Positions 1 through 13,233 of a stretch of DNA of 39,117 nt are shown here, piece by piece. The position numbers and the translations under genes were made by a program. Source of the DNA: Parvularia atlantis (lineage: Eukaryota); the NCBI GenBank assembly GCA_943704415.1, contig CALSCO010001273.1:1-39117 (forward strand), written 5' to 3'. Every line of letters begins with the position of its first letter. Positions within the stretch are counted from its first letter, which is position 1. The notes beneath the pieces are model-generated. The model saw only the letters and a list, made by a program, of their open reading frames with translations, searched no databases and was not told the DNA's origin.

Positions 1-64
1 ACATTCGACCCGTCAGTCACCCAGTGGCACCACAAACAAGACACACACGCACACACCACAAACG

Positions 65-2113
65 ATGCCGCCGCCGCCGCCGCCGCCGCTGACCACGGCC
101 ACCGAGCGCGCCGTGGCCGCCACCGCTGTGGGGCAGGACGCGGATGCGCTGCCGCCGCCGTTCACGGTGGTGCGCACGGGCGAGGGCGACGCGCCGTCGT
201 CGTTCACGTTCGACTTCCCGCCTGCAACGGGCAAGGGCAGGACGGCCGGCGCGAGCGTGTCGCTGCGCGCGGTCGTGACGCGTTACCTTAGTGCACCGCA
301 GCTGCGCAGCTTCGCGCCCGAGCAGCTGCTGCTTATCCTCGGCCGGTTGCGCTGCCTGCACTACACTTTGTTGCGCTACAATGAGGGCCTGCGCGCGCCA
401 TCGCCTGCCTTTGAGCGATACTGGCGCCCGCGCGCGCTCGAGCAGCTGTCGGGCTTCGGCTTCCAGGTGGCTCACGCGACGCAGCCGATCGTGATCGAGG
501 GCCTGGGTGAGCTCGTGGCGCGCGTGGAGGACGTGTTTGCGGCCGAGATGGTGGCGGCGCGCGAGACAATTGCTTGCGGCATGATCACGTTCGACGCCCT
601 GGGCGAGCTCTACCGCCCAGACGTGCCTGTGAAGGGCATGACGGCGCTGGGCGCGTCGCCGGGCGTGTTCCTCGTGTGCGAGTACTTTTACGAGGAGCGG
701 CGGGCGCTGCTTGGTATGGAGCGCAGCTTCCACTGCACGCTCGACTTTGTCGCGACCATGGGCGAGCATTTCTCGATCGTGCGCTTCGCCGAGGTGCTCA
801 GCGGCTGGACAGGCGTGCGCGCGCGGCCGCTGTCGGAGCTGACGTACGTGCCCTTGATCGTACCCGACGAGCGTGCGGCCCTCGACGCGCGCGGCCGCAA
901 GTACGTCGATATCGCCCGCGGCGCACCGCGCTTCCTCGCCTACGCGCCCCAGAGCTTCTTCCTGCACGCGACGGCCGTGGGAGGCGGCGGCGGTGGCAAC
1001 GCGGGCCGCTCAGCGCTGGCGAACGCGTCCGGCAGCCTGCTGCTCAAGGGCGGCCGTGTGATGATCGACCCGGCGCGCGGCGCACTTCTCGGCCACCACG
1101 CGTCGCAGGGTGGCGACGAGCCTACGCACGCGCTCATCACCCTCGCGGGCCGCTACCGGCGCTGGCTCAACACACAGGCGGGCGGCGCGAGCGGAAGCAG
1201 CGGCAGCGGCAGCGTCAGCGGACAGGACGGCCTAATGCTGTGGGACGACGTGCCCGGCGAGCTGGCGATCTACTGCTGGCCGGCGATCGTCGGCTTCAGC
1301 TTCACGGCCAAGGTGTGGGGCCACGTGCTTGTGACGGGTCTCGAGCCGATCCAGTTCAACGACCGGGCGTTTGACCAGCTCGTGCTGGCCGAGGAGCGCA
1401 AACAGCTGATCCGCGCGCTCGTGCGCTTTGGCAGTGAGGGCGACACGGACGACATCATCGGCGGCAAGCGCGGCGGCAGCGTGTTCCTCCTGCACGGCCC
1501 GCCGGGCGTGGGCAAGACGCTGACGGCCGAGGCTATTGCCGAGGTGCTGCACCGGCCGCTGTACTACGTGACGATGGGCGAGCTCGGGCTGACGCCGGAT
1601 GAGATGGAGCGCCGGCTGAGCGACGTGCTTGATCTGTGCGCGGGCTGGAACGCACTGACGCTGCTGGACGAGGCGGACGTGTTCCTGGAGACGCGCAGCA
1701 CAGCCGACATTGTGCGCAACGCGATGGTCTGCGTGATGCTGCGCCTGCTCGAGTACCACCCGGGTATTCTCTTCCTCACGACCAACCGCGTGCGCTCGTT
1801 CGACCCGGCCTTCGAGAGCCGCGTGACCGTCGCGCTGCGCTACGACCACCTCACGCCGGGCGCGCGCGAGCAGATTTGGCGCAACCTGCTGCAGCGCGTG
1901 GCCGTGACGGTGACCGCGGATGTGGACTACGCCGCGCTCGGGGCGCATGTGCTCAACGGGCGGCAGATCAAGAACGCCGTGCGCCTGGCCGTGGCGCTCA
2001 CGCGCGAGCGCGGCGGCGCCTCTGTGACGCAGGCCGTGCTGGACGCGACGCTAGCGATTACCAACATCGGCCGCGACGAGATACGCGCGGACGACTCGTG
2101 GCGGGCCGAGTGA
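65..2113 (+). CDS. AAA+ ATPase, family common in fungi and some protists; single exon, 682 aa
   Basis: Uninterrupted ORF with Walker A (LLHGPPGVGKTLTAE), Walker B (LLDEADVFL), LRLLEYHPGILFLTTNR..FDPAFESR and a C-terminal NGRQIKN; the N-terminal ITFDALGELY segment fits this family. Confidence 0.9.
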   Translation: MPPPPPPPLTTATERAVAATAVGQDADALPPPFTVVRTGEGDAPSSFTFDFPPATGKGRTAGASVSLRAVVTRYLSAPQLRSFAPEQLLLILGRLRCLHYTLLRYNEGLRAPSPAFERYWRPRALEQLSGFGFQVAHATQPIVIEGLGELVARVEDVFAAEMVAARETIACGMITFDALGELYRPDVPVKGMTALGASPGVFLVCEYFYEERRALLGMERSFHCTLDFVATMGEHFSIVRFAEVLSGWTGVRARPLSELTYVPLIVPDERAALDARGRKYVDIARGAPRFLAYAPQSFFLHATAVGGGGGGNAGRSALANASGSLLLKGGRVMIDPARGALLGHHASQGGDEPTHALITLAGRYRRWLNTQAGGASGSSGSGSVSGQDGLMLWDDVPGELAIYCWPAIVGFSFTAKVWGHVLVTGLEPIQFNDRAFDQLVLAEERKQLIRALVRFGSEGDTDDIIGGKRGGSVFLLHGPPGVGKTLTAEAIAEVLHRPLYYVTMGELGLTPDEMERRLSDVLDLCAGWNALTLLDEADVFLETRSTADIVRNAMVCVMLRLLEYHPGILFLTTNRVRSFDPAFESRVTVALRYDHLTPGAREQIWRNLLQRVAVTVTADVDYAALGAHVLNGRQIKNAVRLAVALTRERGGASVTQAVLDATLAITNIGRDEIRADDSWRAE

Positions 2114-2176
2114 CCGCTTGACATGCCTGTGTGCTGGCTGTGCACGCAGCGATGAAATGCCAAGAAACATGCTCCC

Positions 2177-2811
2177 TCACGCATCGCCCTCGGGTAGCAC
2201 GCGCGCCTCCCAGGTTATCTTGACCTGCTTCTCCAGCGTGCCTGCGCTCGCTCGCGCTTGAGCGAGGCCGGCGCGCGCACGAGCCAGCACGCACTGTGCA
2301 CGCCGCAGTACTTCTCCATCGACAGCTGCACCGCGTGCTCGACCTGCTCCTGCGTGATGCCACGGCCGGCGACGGCAAAGACGAGGTGCGCGGCCTCGTA
2401 CGGGCGCGGGAGGGCGACGGCGCGCTGGCCCTGGACGGTGATGTCGAGGCTGCGCGGCTCGGTGCGCTGCTTTTTGAGGATGCCCACGAGGTCGACTGAG
2501 GCGCAGCTGCCCAGCGCCAGCAGCAGCATGTTCATCGGGCTCACGCCGTCGCCCTTGCCCCCGCCCGAGATGCGCATCGTCCGCCCGTCGTTGTCCATCC
2601 CGACAAAGTTGGCGCCGTCGACCCACTGCACCTTGGTTGTCGCGATGGGCCGCGCGGCGTCGAACGCGGCTGCGCACGGTCGCGAGCCGATTGCGAGCGT
2701 CAGCGGCACGGCGCGCGCGGGACGCGCGACCACGGCGATCAACGCCCACGTACGCGCGCCAGGGCCGCCGGTTGTGAGCCGCCGGACGAACGTGTGCGCG
2801 ACACGCAACAT
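2177..2811 (-). CDS. OsmC/YhfA-like protein, probably mitochondrion-targeted; 3 exons
   Basis: ATG at 2811; introns 2753-2670 (GTACGT..CAG) and 2294-2242 (GTGCGT..CAG). Protein has SPMNMLLLALGSCASVD and SMEKYCGVHSTL, the two OsmC-family cysteines. N-terminus MLRVAHTFVRRLTT resembles a mitochondrial presequence. Confidence 0.85.
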
Positions 2812-2830
2812 TCTCGTCGACTGTCGAAAG

Positions 2831-3833
2831 ATGACAGAGGTGTGCCGCATGCACTGCACTCGGCATCGCACTCACGCACATCCCGCGCACGCAGCTGGTG
2901 GTGCAGGCGTCGCACGTGGCGCAGGGCGTGGCGATGCTGCACGAAGCGATGCACGCACTCGAGGCCGGTGTCGTGCACACGCCGCTCGGGCCCGTGCCGC
3001 TCCTGGCCGTGCGCACGATCCGTCCGTGCACGCCACGTGCGGCGCGCTCACGGTCGCGCGGCGGCAGCTCCTGCTGGGCATCGCGGGCGCGCCCGGCTTC
3101 GTGCCGCGCCGCGATGCGCGCGCGCCGTGGTGGCTGCCGCTCGCGCTCTTCCTCGGCGTGAACCTGGCGGGTCAGTTTGTGACCGGTGCGCGGCTCCGCC
3201 AAAGAGACACACTCGGTCGGTGTGCCGACAGACAGCTCGTGCGCTCGCAGCCGTGCTGCTGGCCGTCCCACCGCCGTTCATGGAGTACAATCTGCTCGCG
3301 CCCGTTTTCGCCGTCGCCTGGGTTGCCGTCTGCTGGACGCCCGGCATCGGCGCGCTCGTCGGCAGCGCGCCCGTGCAGCAGATCGCGCGCGTACTCTTCA
3401 CCGCCGGCGCCACCCTCGGTATCTCGGCGTACGGCATCGACGCGGCCGTCGCATCGAGCCACTACCTGCTCAGCCGCAGCACCACCGGCGCGATTGTGCT
3501 GGGCGCGCTTGTGGCGTGCGCCGGTGCGCGCCGGCTATGCATTCGCGCGAGTTTACCGTCCCCTGCACGACTCAGGCAACTTTGTCGTCATCGGCGCGTA
3601 CCTCGTCTGGACCGCCCGGACTGAGACCGCTGACAAGCCGCTGCCGATCGCGATGCCGCCGGACCTGGACTGTGCGCCGCGCGCCTGGCTGTAGCGCGAC
3701 TGACCGCGCGGCCACGCAGTGATCTGCCTGCACAAGACCTTCGCAGGCGCGGTGCTGTACTACGTGCTCACCAACCCGCACAAGCTTTGGCAGCCGACGT
3801 TCTTTGCGCTCGCGCAGGCCGACGCAAAGTGCG

Positions 3834-3865
<32 letters not shown>

Positions 3866-4003
3866 CGTCTGTGCGCGCTGACTTCTCGCATGCTGCGCAG
3901 GCTGGTTCTCTTCGCCGTGCTGCTCGTGCTCGAGTTCTTCGGCCCTGCGCCCGAGCTGCCCGCGCCCGCCCGCAACCCGGCCGGCAAGGTCAAGGACGAC
4001 TGA
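2831..4003 (+). CDS. Multi-pass membrane protein, TRIC/TMEM38-like cation channel; about 7 exons
   Basis: ATG ACA GAG|GTGTGC.. then spliced hydrophobic segments LALFLGVNLAGQFVT, VLLAVPPPFMEYNLLAPVFAVAWVAVCWTP, SAYGIDAA..GAIVLGALVACAG, KTFAGAVLYY, ending KVKDD*. The pattern resembles TMEM38 (LL.EPP...WY.VF.CP...G.A.G); family call from memory. Confidence 0.55.
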
Positions 4004-4073
4004 ACGGCGCCTGAGGTCATCGGGAGCTATTTTCGTGTGCACACAATGAAGGCAGTCTGGCAGTGCGTCCCCG

Positions 4074-7000
4074 TCACAGGCGCGAGTACCTGTCCGCAAG
4101 CACGACGGCCAGGCGGTCCACGAGGCTGTACCGGATCGTCTGGGGGCACATACAGTGAGACACACATGATGCCGACGCGCACGGAAGGCGCACCTGCGTC
4201 CGTGCCGTCTCCAGCAGCCGCGGCCGCAGCCGCTCGAGCAGCTCCTTCGTGAAGAGCAAGCGGATGCCGACGAGCGCGTTCAGGCGCACGTCAAACGGCA
4301 CAACCTGCGCGATCTCGTCCTCCACCTGCCCCGCGGGCGGCACGGTCTGCGCACGCGTCAGGCACGGCCCGCTGCATGCCTATCGCACGCACGGCCATCT
4401 TGGCGATAAACTCCTGCAGCAGGTCGGCGTGGTCGCGCAGGAAGCAGTTGAGCTCGAGCAGCTGTGGGTCCTGTTCGACGCGGCCGTGTGTCAGGCCGCG
4501 TGCGCGCACGAACGCGCCCCACCTTGAAGAACGTGCCGGCGGCCAGGTGCTTGAGTGAGTACGAGATGACAACCAGCGCGCGGTGGGCCCGTTCGCTCGG
4601 CGCCGTGTCGACCAACTGAAACGCCTGATGGAGTCGTGCGCGCGCGTTCAGCGGCAGCGTTGTGAGAGCCAGCTGCCGCGCATGCCTGCGGCGACGCGAT
4701 CGCAGGGCAGAAAAAGCGCAGGAAGAGCATCTGCGCGAGCGCCAGCAGGCCAGCGTGGGGCGACTTGTACCGCGCGCTCACAACAGCCAGCACACGCGCG
4801 CACAGGTGGCGCAGCGCGCTGCGCGCGGCGCGTGTAAGAGGGCCAGCATTAGCGCCAGCGTACACACGCACATGGGGCAGAAGCTGAGCGAGTTGACGAT
4901 GCAGCCAAAGAACTTGAACGAGGCGCTCGTGAGGGCGTCCATGTTGCGCATGGTCACCCGCCCGCCTGGCCGGGCCGCGAGAAAGTCAGCCACGCACACG
5001 CACACGCACGCGCACGCGAGAGCTGCGCACCGGGCAGCGTCGTCTCAAACAGGTGGCTCGTCGCGCACACGTCGGCCACGACCTCGCTCAGCACGTGCTG
5101 CAGGTAGCCCGACGCGATCGTCGACATGTACGCGGCCACGAGGCGGAAGCCCATCGCCTGGCTCTCGCAAAACTTGGCGATGGTGTCTGGCACCGGCGTC
5201 AGGCACTCCCTGCGCTCGGCCGCGCCGTCGCGCGCACCGCAGTTGCGCAGGTCCTCCATGAGCACGTCGGCGATAAAGTCGAGCGTCTTGTTGCGCGGCG
5301 AGAGCACTTGCACGGCGGTGCGGCAGACCGAGTCGAGGTCCTTGGACGACGCCGCTGTGGCCAGCAGCAGCTTGAGCAGCAGCGCGTTGCGCGAGATGAG
5401 CACCTGCGCACGCCCACACGAGTGAGCGCCTCCTGGGCGGAGCGAGCGCGCGCCCGACCTCCTCGAAGCGACTCAGGAGCGCAAAGTCGTTCGCGACCGC
5501 GGCCTGGTCCTGCGCGCCCGTGCCGTACGGGAACTCGCGCAAGACGGCCTTGAGCGAGTCCAGCAGGGTGTGCGTGACCTCCTGAGCACGCAGCAACGTG
5601 AGTGCAGCCGCGCGTCGCGCCACAAAGCAGCACCTGCGACAGCGTGATCGGCATCTCGGCCGCGAGCTTGTCCAGGCGCGTCTCGAGGAACGACGCGAGG
5701 CGCAGCGTGGCCTCCTCGACCGTCGCGCGCGGCGTGACCATCGGCAGCGACGCCGGGTTCACCTGGATTGGTGCCTAGCACGCGCCGTCTCAGCGCGCGA
5801 CGGCGAACGACGACCGCCCGCGGTGCACCGAGACCATGTTGAAGTACGCGATGAGCTTGGGCTCGTAGTACTCCAGCACGGTGTTGAACGGGAGCATGAA
5901 CGTCTCCTTGCTGCCGAAGCGCACGCCGTTGGCCAGGTTCTGCAGCACCTGCACACGCGCCCTGGCATGTCAGCGTGTACCGTGCGATGCGACACGGCGT
6001 GCCTTGCACACGAGCACGTAGACGCGGCGCTCATCCGGCGTCGGCGTTTCTGCACATGCGAAGCGCCGTGAACGGCCACACACGAGCGCCGCCCTCGTGC
6101 GCACCGCTCGCAAAGCCAAACGCCTCGGGCGCCGCGATGGCCGCGCAAATGAAGCGCAGAAAGAGGAAGCCGGCAATGCCCGCGTGCCCGTAGCCGGCAA
6201 ACCTTGCGCCGTGCGAGCCGTGAGCGAGCAGCCGCGCGCGGCTAGACTTCCAGCGGGCGTACTTGTCCTCGACGTGCTGCCGGATGATGCAGCTGACCAT
6301 GCGCAGCGACAGCGGCACGGACGAGACCGTGGTAAACAGCGACTCGAGCACCTGCTGCCGACGCGGGCGAGCGAGCGCCGCCTCAGTGCACAGGCGCCCA
6401 GCGCGATGCCGGCCGCGCACCGTGGTCGCCTGGGTCAGCTTGGTCATGTTGGACGCGACTGACGCCTCGTTGTCGTTCTTGCTCGGGTCGACCTGTGTGC
6501 GCGCGTCAGCCACGGCCGTCGGTGAGCAGATGGACACGGCACGCGCCTCGATTTGGCCAAGCTGCTTGATGTCGGTCATCACCGGCCCGAGCACGCGCTG
6601 TAGGAAGCTCTTACCGACCATGCGGCAGTAGACCGAGAGGAGCTTGCTAGCGACGCTGTTGGAGCGGAAGAGCGTCGTGGGCTCCTCTGCGGCGCGCGCG
6701 TGGTCGGTTGCGCCGCGCCAGTGCGCCGCACGCACTCGTGTCTTCGACCTCCTGCTTGATCAGCCGCTCGAGCAGCTCGAGCGCCAGGCCCGAGCCCTCG
6801 AACGCGCGCATCAGATGCTTCACGACCTCGTCCATCTCCTGAGGCGCGCGCGCGCGTGTTGTGTGTTGTGTGATGTCAGAGCGAGCAACGGTGCCAAGCG
6901 CCGCGACGCGCACGCTAATTGTCGCAAGCTTGGAAATGGCCTTCGTGACCGCGTAACCGTGCATCGCAAGCACCTGCGGCACGCGTGCGTCAGCGGCGTC

Positions 7001-8559
7001 GTCTTTGCGCTGCATGTGCGCGGGTGCGCGCGCCTCCACGAGCGGATCGACGCTGCGCAAGACGCCCTCGCGCGGCTGCGGCGAACACCACATGAGCAGG
7101 AGCCACGGCGGGACCGAGTTGTGCCGCAGCAGGTCGACTGCGCCCGCGCCCGCACGCACGCACATCAGGTCGTCATGCCGGTGACCTGGCGGCGCGCGCA
7201 CCAGAGGCGCGGCGCGACGACGCCGACGATGAGACGGGGCGCAGCGGCGACACGGCTGTACGCTCCTCTAGCGTCAGCTCGTCCTCGAGCGCGTCGCGAA
7301 TGTCGGTTATCAAGCGCTCCTCGAGCGTCAGCGCCGTCTGCGCGAGCAGCAGGTCATTCTGCTCGGTCGCTGCTGCCGCGGGGTCGTCTGCTGCGCCTGT
7401 GCACGCTCGTCAGCGACACCGTGCGCTCGCGCCAGCACCGCACCGAGCAGCTGGATGCTGATGGACCTCACGCGCTCGCGCAGGGACGTCGGCGCCGACT
7501 CGAGCGACGTGCGCGACTGCGGCGTCCTGTGCGCCCGCAGCTGTGAGCGCACGCACTCGGGACGCGCATGTGCGCACCCCGTGTGCCGCGGCGCATGCCG
7601 CAGCAGTGCCTCGAACGCGGCGTCCTCGTCTCCGCCGTCGTCCTCGGTCGGGCGCGCTGAGGCCGGGCTGTCGGTAGCGTCGCGGAGGCTGACGAGCGTC
7701 TCGCTGTCCAAATCGTCGTCGTTGTCGTCGTCACCGCCGTCTTGGTCGCCCGTGCCGTCGTCCGGCGTCTCCTCGCCGTCCTGCCGCGCGTCCATGGCCA
7801 GCCCGCGGGCGGCGAGCGTGTTGGCGAGGTCGTCAGCGTTCGACTGGCTGATCGCGTCCGACACGGCGATGGCGAGGCGGTCGCGGTCGGCCACGGCGCG
7901 CGCGGTCGACTTGCGCGGCGACAGCGGCATGCTCTGCGACGACCTGCGGGCGGCACCGCACACCCACGTCATCAATCCACGATCACGACAGTGCCGAGGC
8001 GAGACGACGCACGCCCGCAGCGACCGCGGCTGCGGCTGCAGCGCGCCAAAGTCGTCGTCGTCGCTGTCGCTCGTGTCGTTGCCGTCATACTGCTCGCCGC
8101 CGTCTCCGTCGTCGGCGTTGACGTCGGCACGAGGCGGTGGCGGCGGCCCGCCGTCGCCCATGACCGTGTCGAGCAGGTCCGCGTCAAGGTCGGTCAGCTG
8201 CTCGAACGTGAACATGCTCTCGATCAGCCGCGCCACGTCCTCGGCCGGCTGCGGTCCCGGCGCCAGCGCCAGCGCCGGCGGCAGCGGGTGCGGCACGAGC
8301 GGCGGCGGCGGCGGTGGCACCGTGCGCGCGTCCAGCTCGCGCTGATCGTTCGCGTTCGGGGCTGAGACGCGGCGTGGCATGGCGCGACGGCGCACGCGCA
8401 CCTTGAGCCGCTCATTCTCGGCCAGCAGCCGCTGCACGAGCGCATCGTCGACAAGCGGCGGCGGCGGCGGCAGCCGCGGGGGCGCGCGGGCTGCGAGAGG
8501 CGCGACGGTGAGGTGAGGCCCGCTGCCACTGCGCGGCCATGCTCGAACGCACCCGCCAT
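4074..8559 (-). CDS. RasGAP-domain protein with two tandem RasGAP-like domains and an acidic/Pro-rich N-terminus; about 20 introns
   Basis: ATG GCG G|GTGCGT at 8559; exons join in frame through the acidic region into domain 1 (TTLFRSNSVASKLL, EVDP, GFLFLRFICAAIAAPE, VLQNLANG..FGSKE.FM.PFN) and domain 2 (SGYLQHVL, MLFLRFFCPAIASP, ISYSLKHLA); stop at 4074. Confidence 0.85.
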
Positions 8560-8598
8560 GCTGGGACGCGTGTGGCTGGATTTTGCGGCCGCGTGGCG

Positions 8599-9358
8599 AT
8601 GCGCCAGCTCAACTACCCGGAGCGCAAGCTCCTCAAGAAGGTCGACTTCCTGCAGTGGAAGCACGACAACAGCGTGCGCGAGGTACAGGTCATGCGCCGG
8701 TACCACGTGCAGAACCGCGAGGACTACACGCGGTGCGCCCGCGCCGCGCCGAGTGCCACAGGGCTCACACGCGCGCCCGCGTGCAGCTACAACCGCCTGT
8801 GCGGTGCCGTGCGCAAGCTCGTGGCCGAGCTGTCCAACCTGCCGCTGGACGACCCGGTCAAGAAGGAGTTCACGGAGAAGCTGTGCAACAAGCTGCACAC
8901 GGTCGGCGTCATCCCGAACGCCAAAGTGACCGACTGCGACGGCATCACCGTGTCGGCCTTCTGCCGGTGGGTGGCGCCCGTGGCCGCGGAGCGCATGCGT
9001 GCGTGCATGCGTGCGTGCGTGCGTGCTCATGAGTGTGCGCGTGTGCGTGTGGCCTGCAGCCGGCGCCTGCCCATCGTCATGGTGCGGCTCAAGATGGCCG
9101 AGACCGTGCGCGAGGCCGTCACGTTCGTCGAGCAGGGCCACGTGCGCGTCGGGCCCGAGCCCGTGACCGACCCGGCGTTCCTCGTGTCGCGCCCGATGGA
9201 GGACTTTGTGACGTGGGTCGACACGTCCAAGATCAAGCGCAAGGTGCTCAAGTACAACGACAAGGTGCGCGTGCACGCGCCGCGTGGGTTGCCTGGACTG
9301 TGCGTGCGACCCACGCCTGCTGCGACGCCAGCTCGACGACTACGACCTGCTCACATGA
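8599..9358 (+). CDS. IMP3: U3 snoRNP protein IMP3 (S4 RNA-binding domain); 4 exons
   Basis: MRQLNYPERKLLKKVDFLQWK..VMRRYHVQNREDY..YNRLCG..TVSAFCRRRLPIVMVRLKMAE..AVTFVEQGHVRVGPE.VTDPAFLVSR.MEDFVTWVD.SKIKRKVLKYNDKLDDYDLLT*. Confidence 0.95.
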
Positions 9359-9424
9359 GCGAGAAGCGCGCGATACTGTACAGGGCATATGTAGACGGCA
9401 GAGCGCTCTCGAAGACACGGGGCG

Positions 9425-9606
9425 ATTGGCGCGGCGTGCACGTGCGCGCCGGTGTGCGCGGTCGCTGATTGGGCGCGCGCATCACGCGCATGGGCCGATA
9501 CCCCGGACGCCGCTGAGTGTGCGCATTGGCCCGAAGCGGGCAAATGCGCTTTCGCCGAGTTTGGGCAAGTGCGCTTCAGCAGCGCCGCGAACGGGCAAAT
9601 GCCCTT
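9425..9606. promoter_or_regulatory. Candidate cis-regulatory cluster: three inverted CCAAT boxes and three copies of GGGCAARTGCSCTT
   Basis: ATTGG at 9425, 9468 and 9525; the 14-mer at 9538, 9563 and 9593; intergenic, upstream of the forkhead gene. Confidence 0.4.
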
Positions 9607-9841
9607 GCGATGATCTCGGCGTTACCAGGGAGGAAAACTCTGCGCCGTTCTCACGCGCCGCCGCGACGTGCAAGGGGCTGTCTTTCCGCGCTACCTGTCG
9701 CTCTCAGTCAGCACCGTCGCCCGCCGCCGCGCCGCCCGCTTGCCGCCGTGCCGCGCCGCGCCGACGCGGCGCCTGCGCTGCCTGTGTCCTGGCGTGCGTT
9801 TCGATTGCCTGATGCAGGCGTTTCAGCGCTCGCCTCTGTGA

Positions 9842-11606
<1,765 letters not shown>

Positions 11607-11691
11607 GCGGGCGCTCCACGCTTATATTGTTCCCATCTTGAGAGCTTTTGCTTGCTTTTGCCAGCGAGCGAGCTGTGTACGACCTGAAACT

Positions 11692-13233
11692 CTATGAGGT
11701 TTCGTTCATGAGGTGCCTGTACAGGAGCGGCCCGTGCGTCGTGGCCGCGGCGGCGCACGTTTGGGCCTCGTTGACGACAACGCGGGTCAAGTGGCCGCGC
11801 GCCCAGGCGCTCATGCGCACGACCTCGGTCGAGCGCTGCCCGAGCGCAGCGCGGTCGAGGTCCCACACGACGACCTCGTCGCGCCCGGCGCCGCCCACGT
11901 CCAGCAGGAAGCGCCCGCAGGTCGAGAGGGTCGCGCACGCGCGGTCGAGCGAGTGCCGGAGCGTCGCGAGGCCCTTTCGGCCGCTGCATCAGTGACTGGC
12001 GTGCGATGCGACCGCGGCACGCACCCGCCCGGACGCCACGTCCCACAGCTTGTGCAGGCCGTCGACGGCGGACGTGGTCACGACCCAGGTGCTGCGCGGC
12101 ACCGGCAGCACGTCGTTCACGTCGCACGCCCGGCCCTGTGCACGCGGCGATCAACTTCACTGTCGCCGAGCAGGTCGCGTGCGCGCACGTCGCCATGGTA
12201 GTGACCGACGAACACGGGCTCGTACCGCCGCGTGAACGCGTTGAAGACGGACTTGTCCGCGGGCGCCGTGCTCGCGTACAGCGCATGAGCGTGCTCGTCG
12301 GCGCCGCTGGCCGCGTCGAGCTCGAGAACGCAGCTGCCGTGGTCGCCGCGTAGCGTCCCGCCGGTGTCCACGTCGGGCAGGAAGCGCAGGTCGTACAGCC
12401 GCGCGCCGTCTGCGTGCGCGCATGAGCAGGCTGGCAGCGTGCGCGCCCAGGCGACCAACACACTCGACGTGCCGACGATGGCTAGGTCGCGCGCGTGGCA
12501 GAAGCGCGCTGCGTGCACGACCGCGTCGCGCAGCTGCACGCAGGGCGCGCGCCCGCCGTACGCGCGCTGGTCGAGCAGGAGCATGCGATGGTGCGTGGCC
12601 ACGAGCAGGCGCGTGCCGGCGTCGTCAAAGTCGCAACTGACCACGTTGTCGTCCAGCAGCGCCGGGACCTCAAACAGCGCCGTGTCGTGCGCTTGCAGCG
12701 AGCGCACTGCCTGCGGGCCGCCGATGAGCGCCGTGTAGGCCGACGAGCGCGCGCGCACCTGGCCCGGCCGCGCGATGTCGAGCAGGTGCACCTGCGACAG
12801 CCGCGCGACGGCGACGAGGCCGCGGCGTTGGCCGAGCGCGACGAGACCGCCAGAATCCGGCGCGAGCAGGCTGTGCACGTCCGCGCCGTCGCCGTCGCCC
12901 TCGCCCGTGCCGTGGACGACGAGCGAGAGCGTGCCGTACGCGTCGAACGAGAGCGTGGCGGCTGCGCGGCGTCGTCTCGGTGCGCGGCCCGGATGCATGG
13001 GTGGGTAGGCACGACGCACCGGGATGCACGGCCGCGTCGACAAAGCCGAGGCCGCCCGCGCCGCCGACGTGCGCGCGCCACGTCGACCGCCACGGCGCGG
13101 CATCGCCGAGCAGGCAGCCGATGCGCGTACGACGGGCGCGCGCCGGCGTCCCACAAGCGCTGAGGCGCGCGGGGTCGCCGGCGTTGCGGTGCGCCGTGTT
13201 GTGCAGGTTCAGGCGGGTCCTGGCAGGCACGGT
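11692..13233 (-). CDS. WD40-like beta-propeller protein; 5' end not resolved
   Basis: Spliced exons with WD-like ends: VHLLDI, VVSCDFDDAGTRLLVAT..LLLDQ, ARLYDLRF, FVGHYHG..VNDV..VVTTSAVDGLHKLWDV, EVVVWDLD; stop at 11692. No convincing ATG found. Confidence 0.6.
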
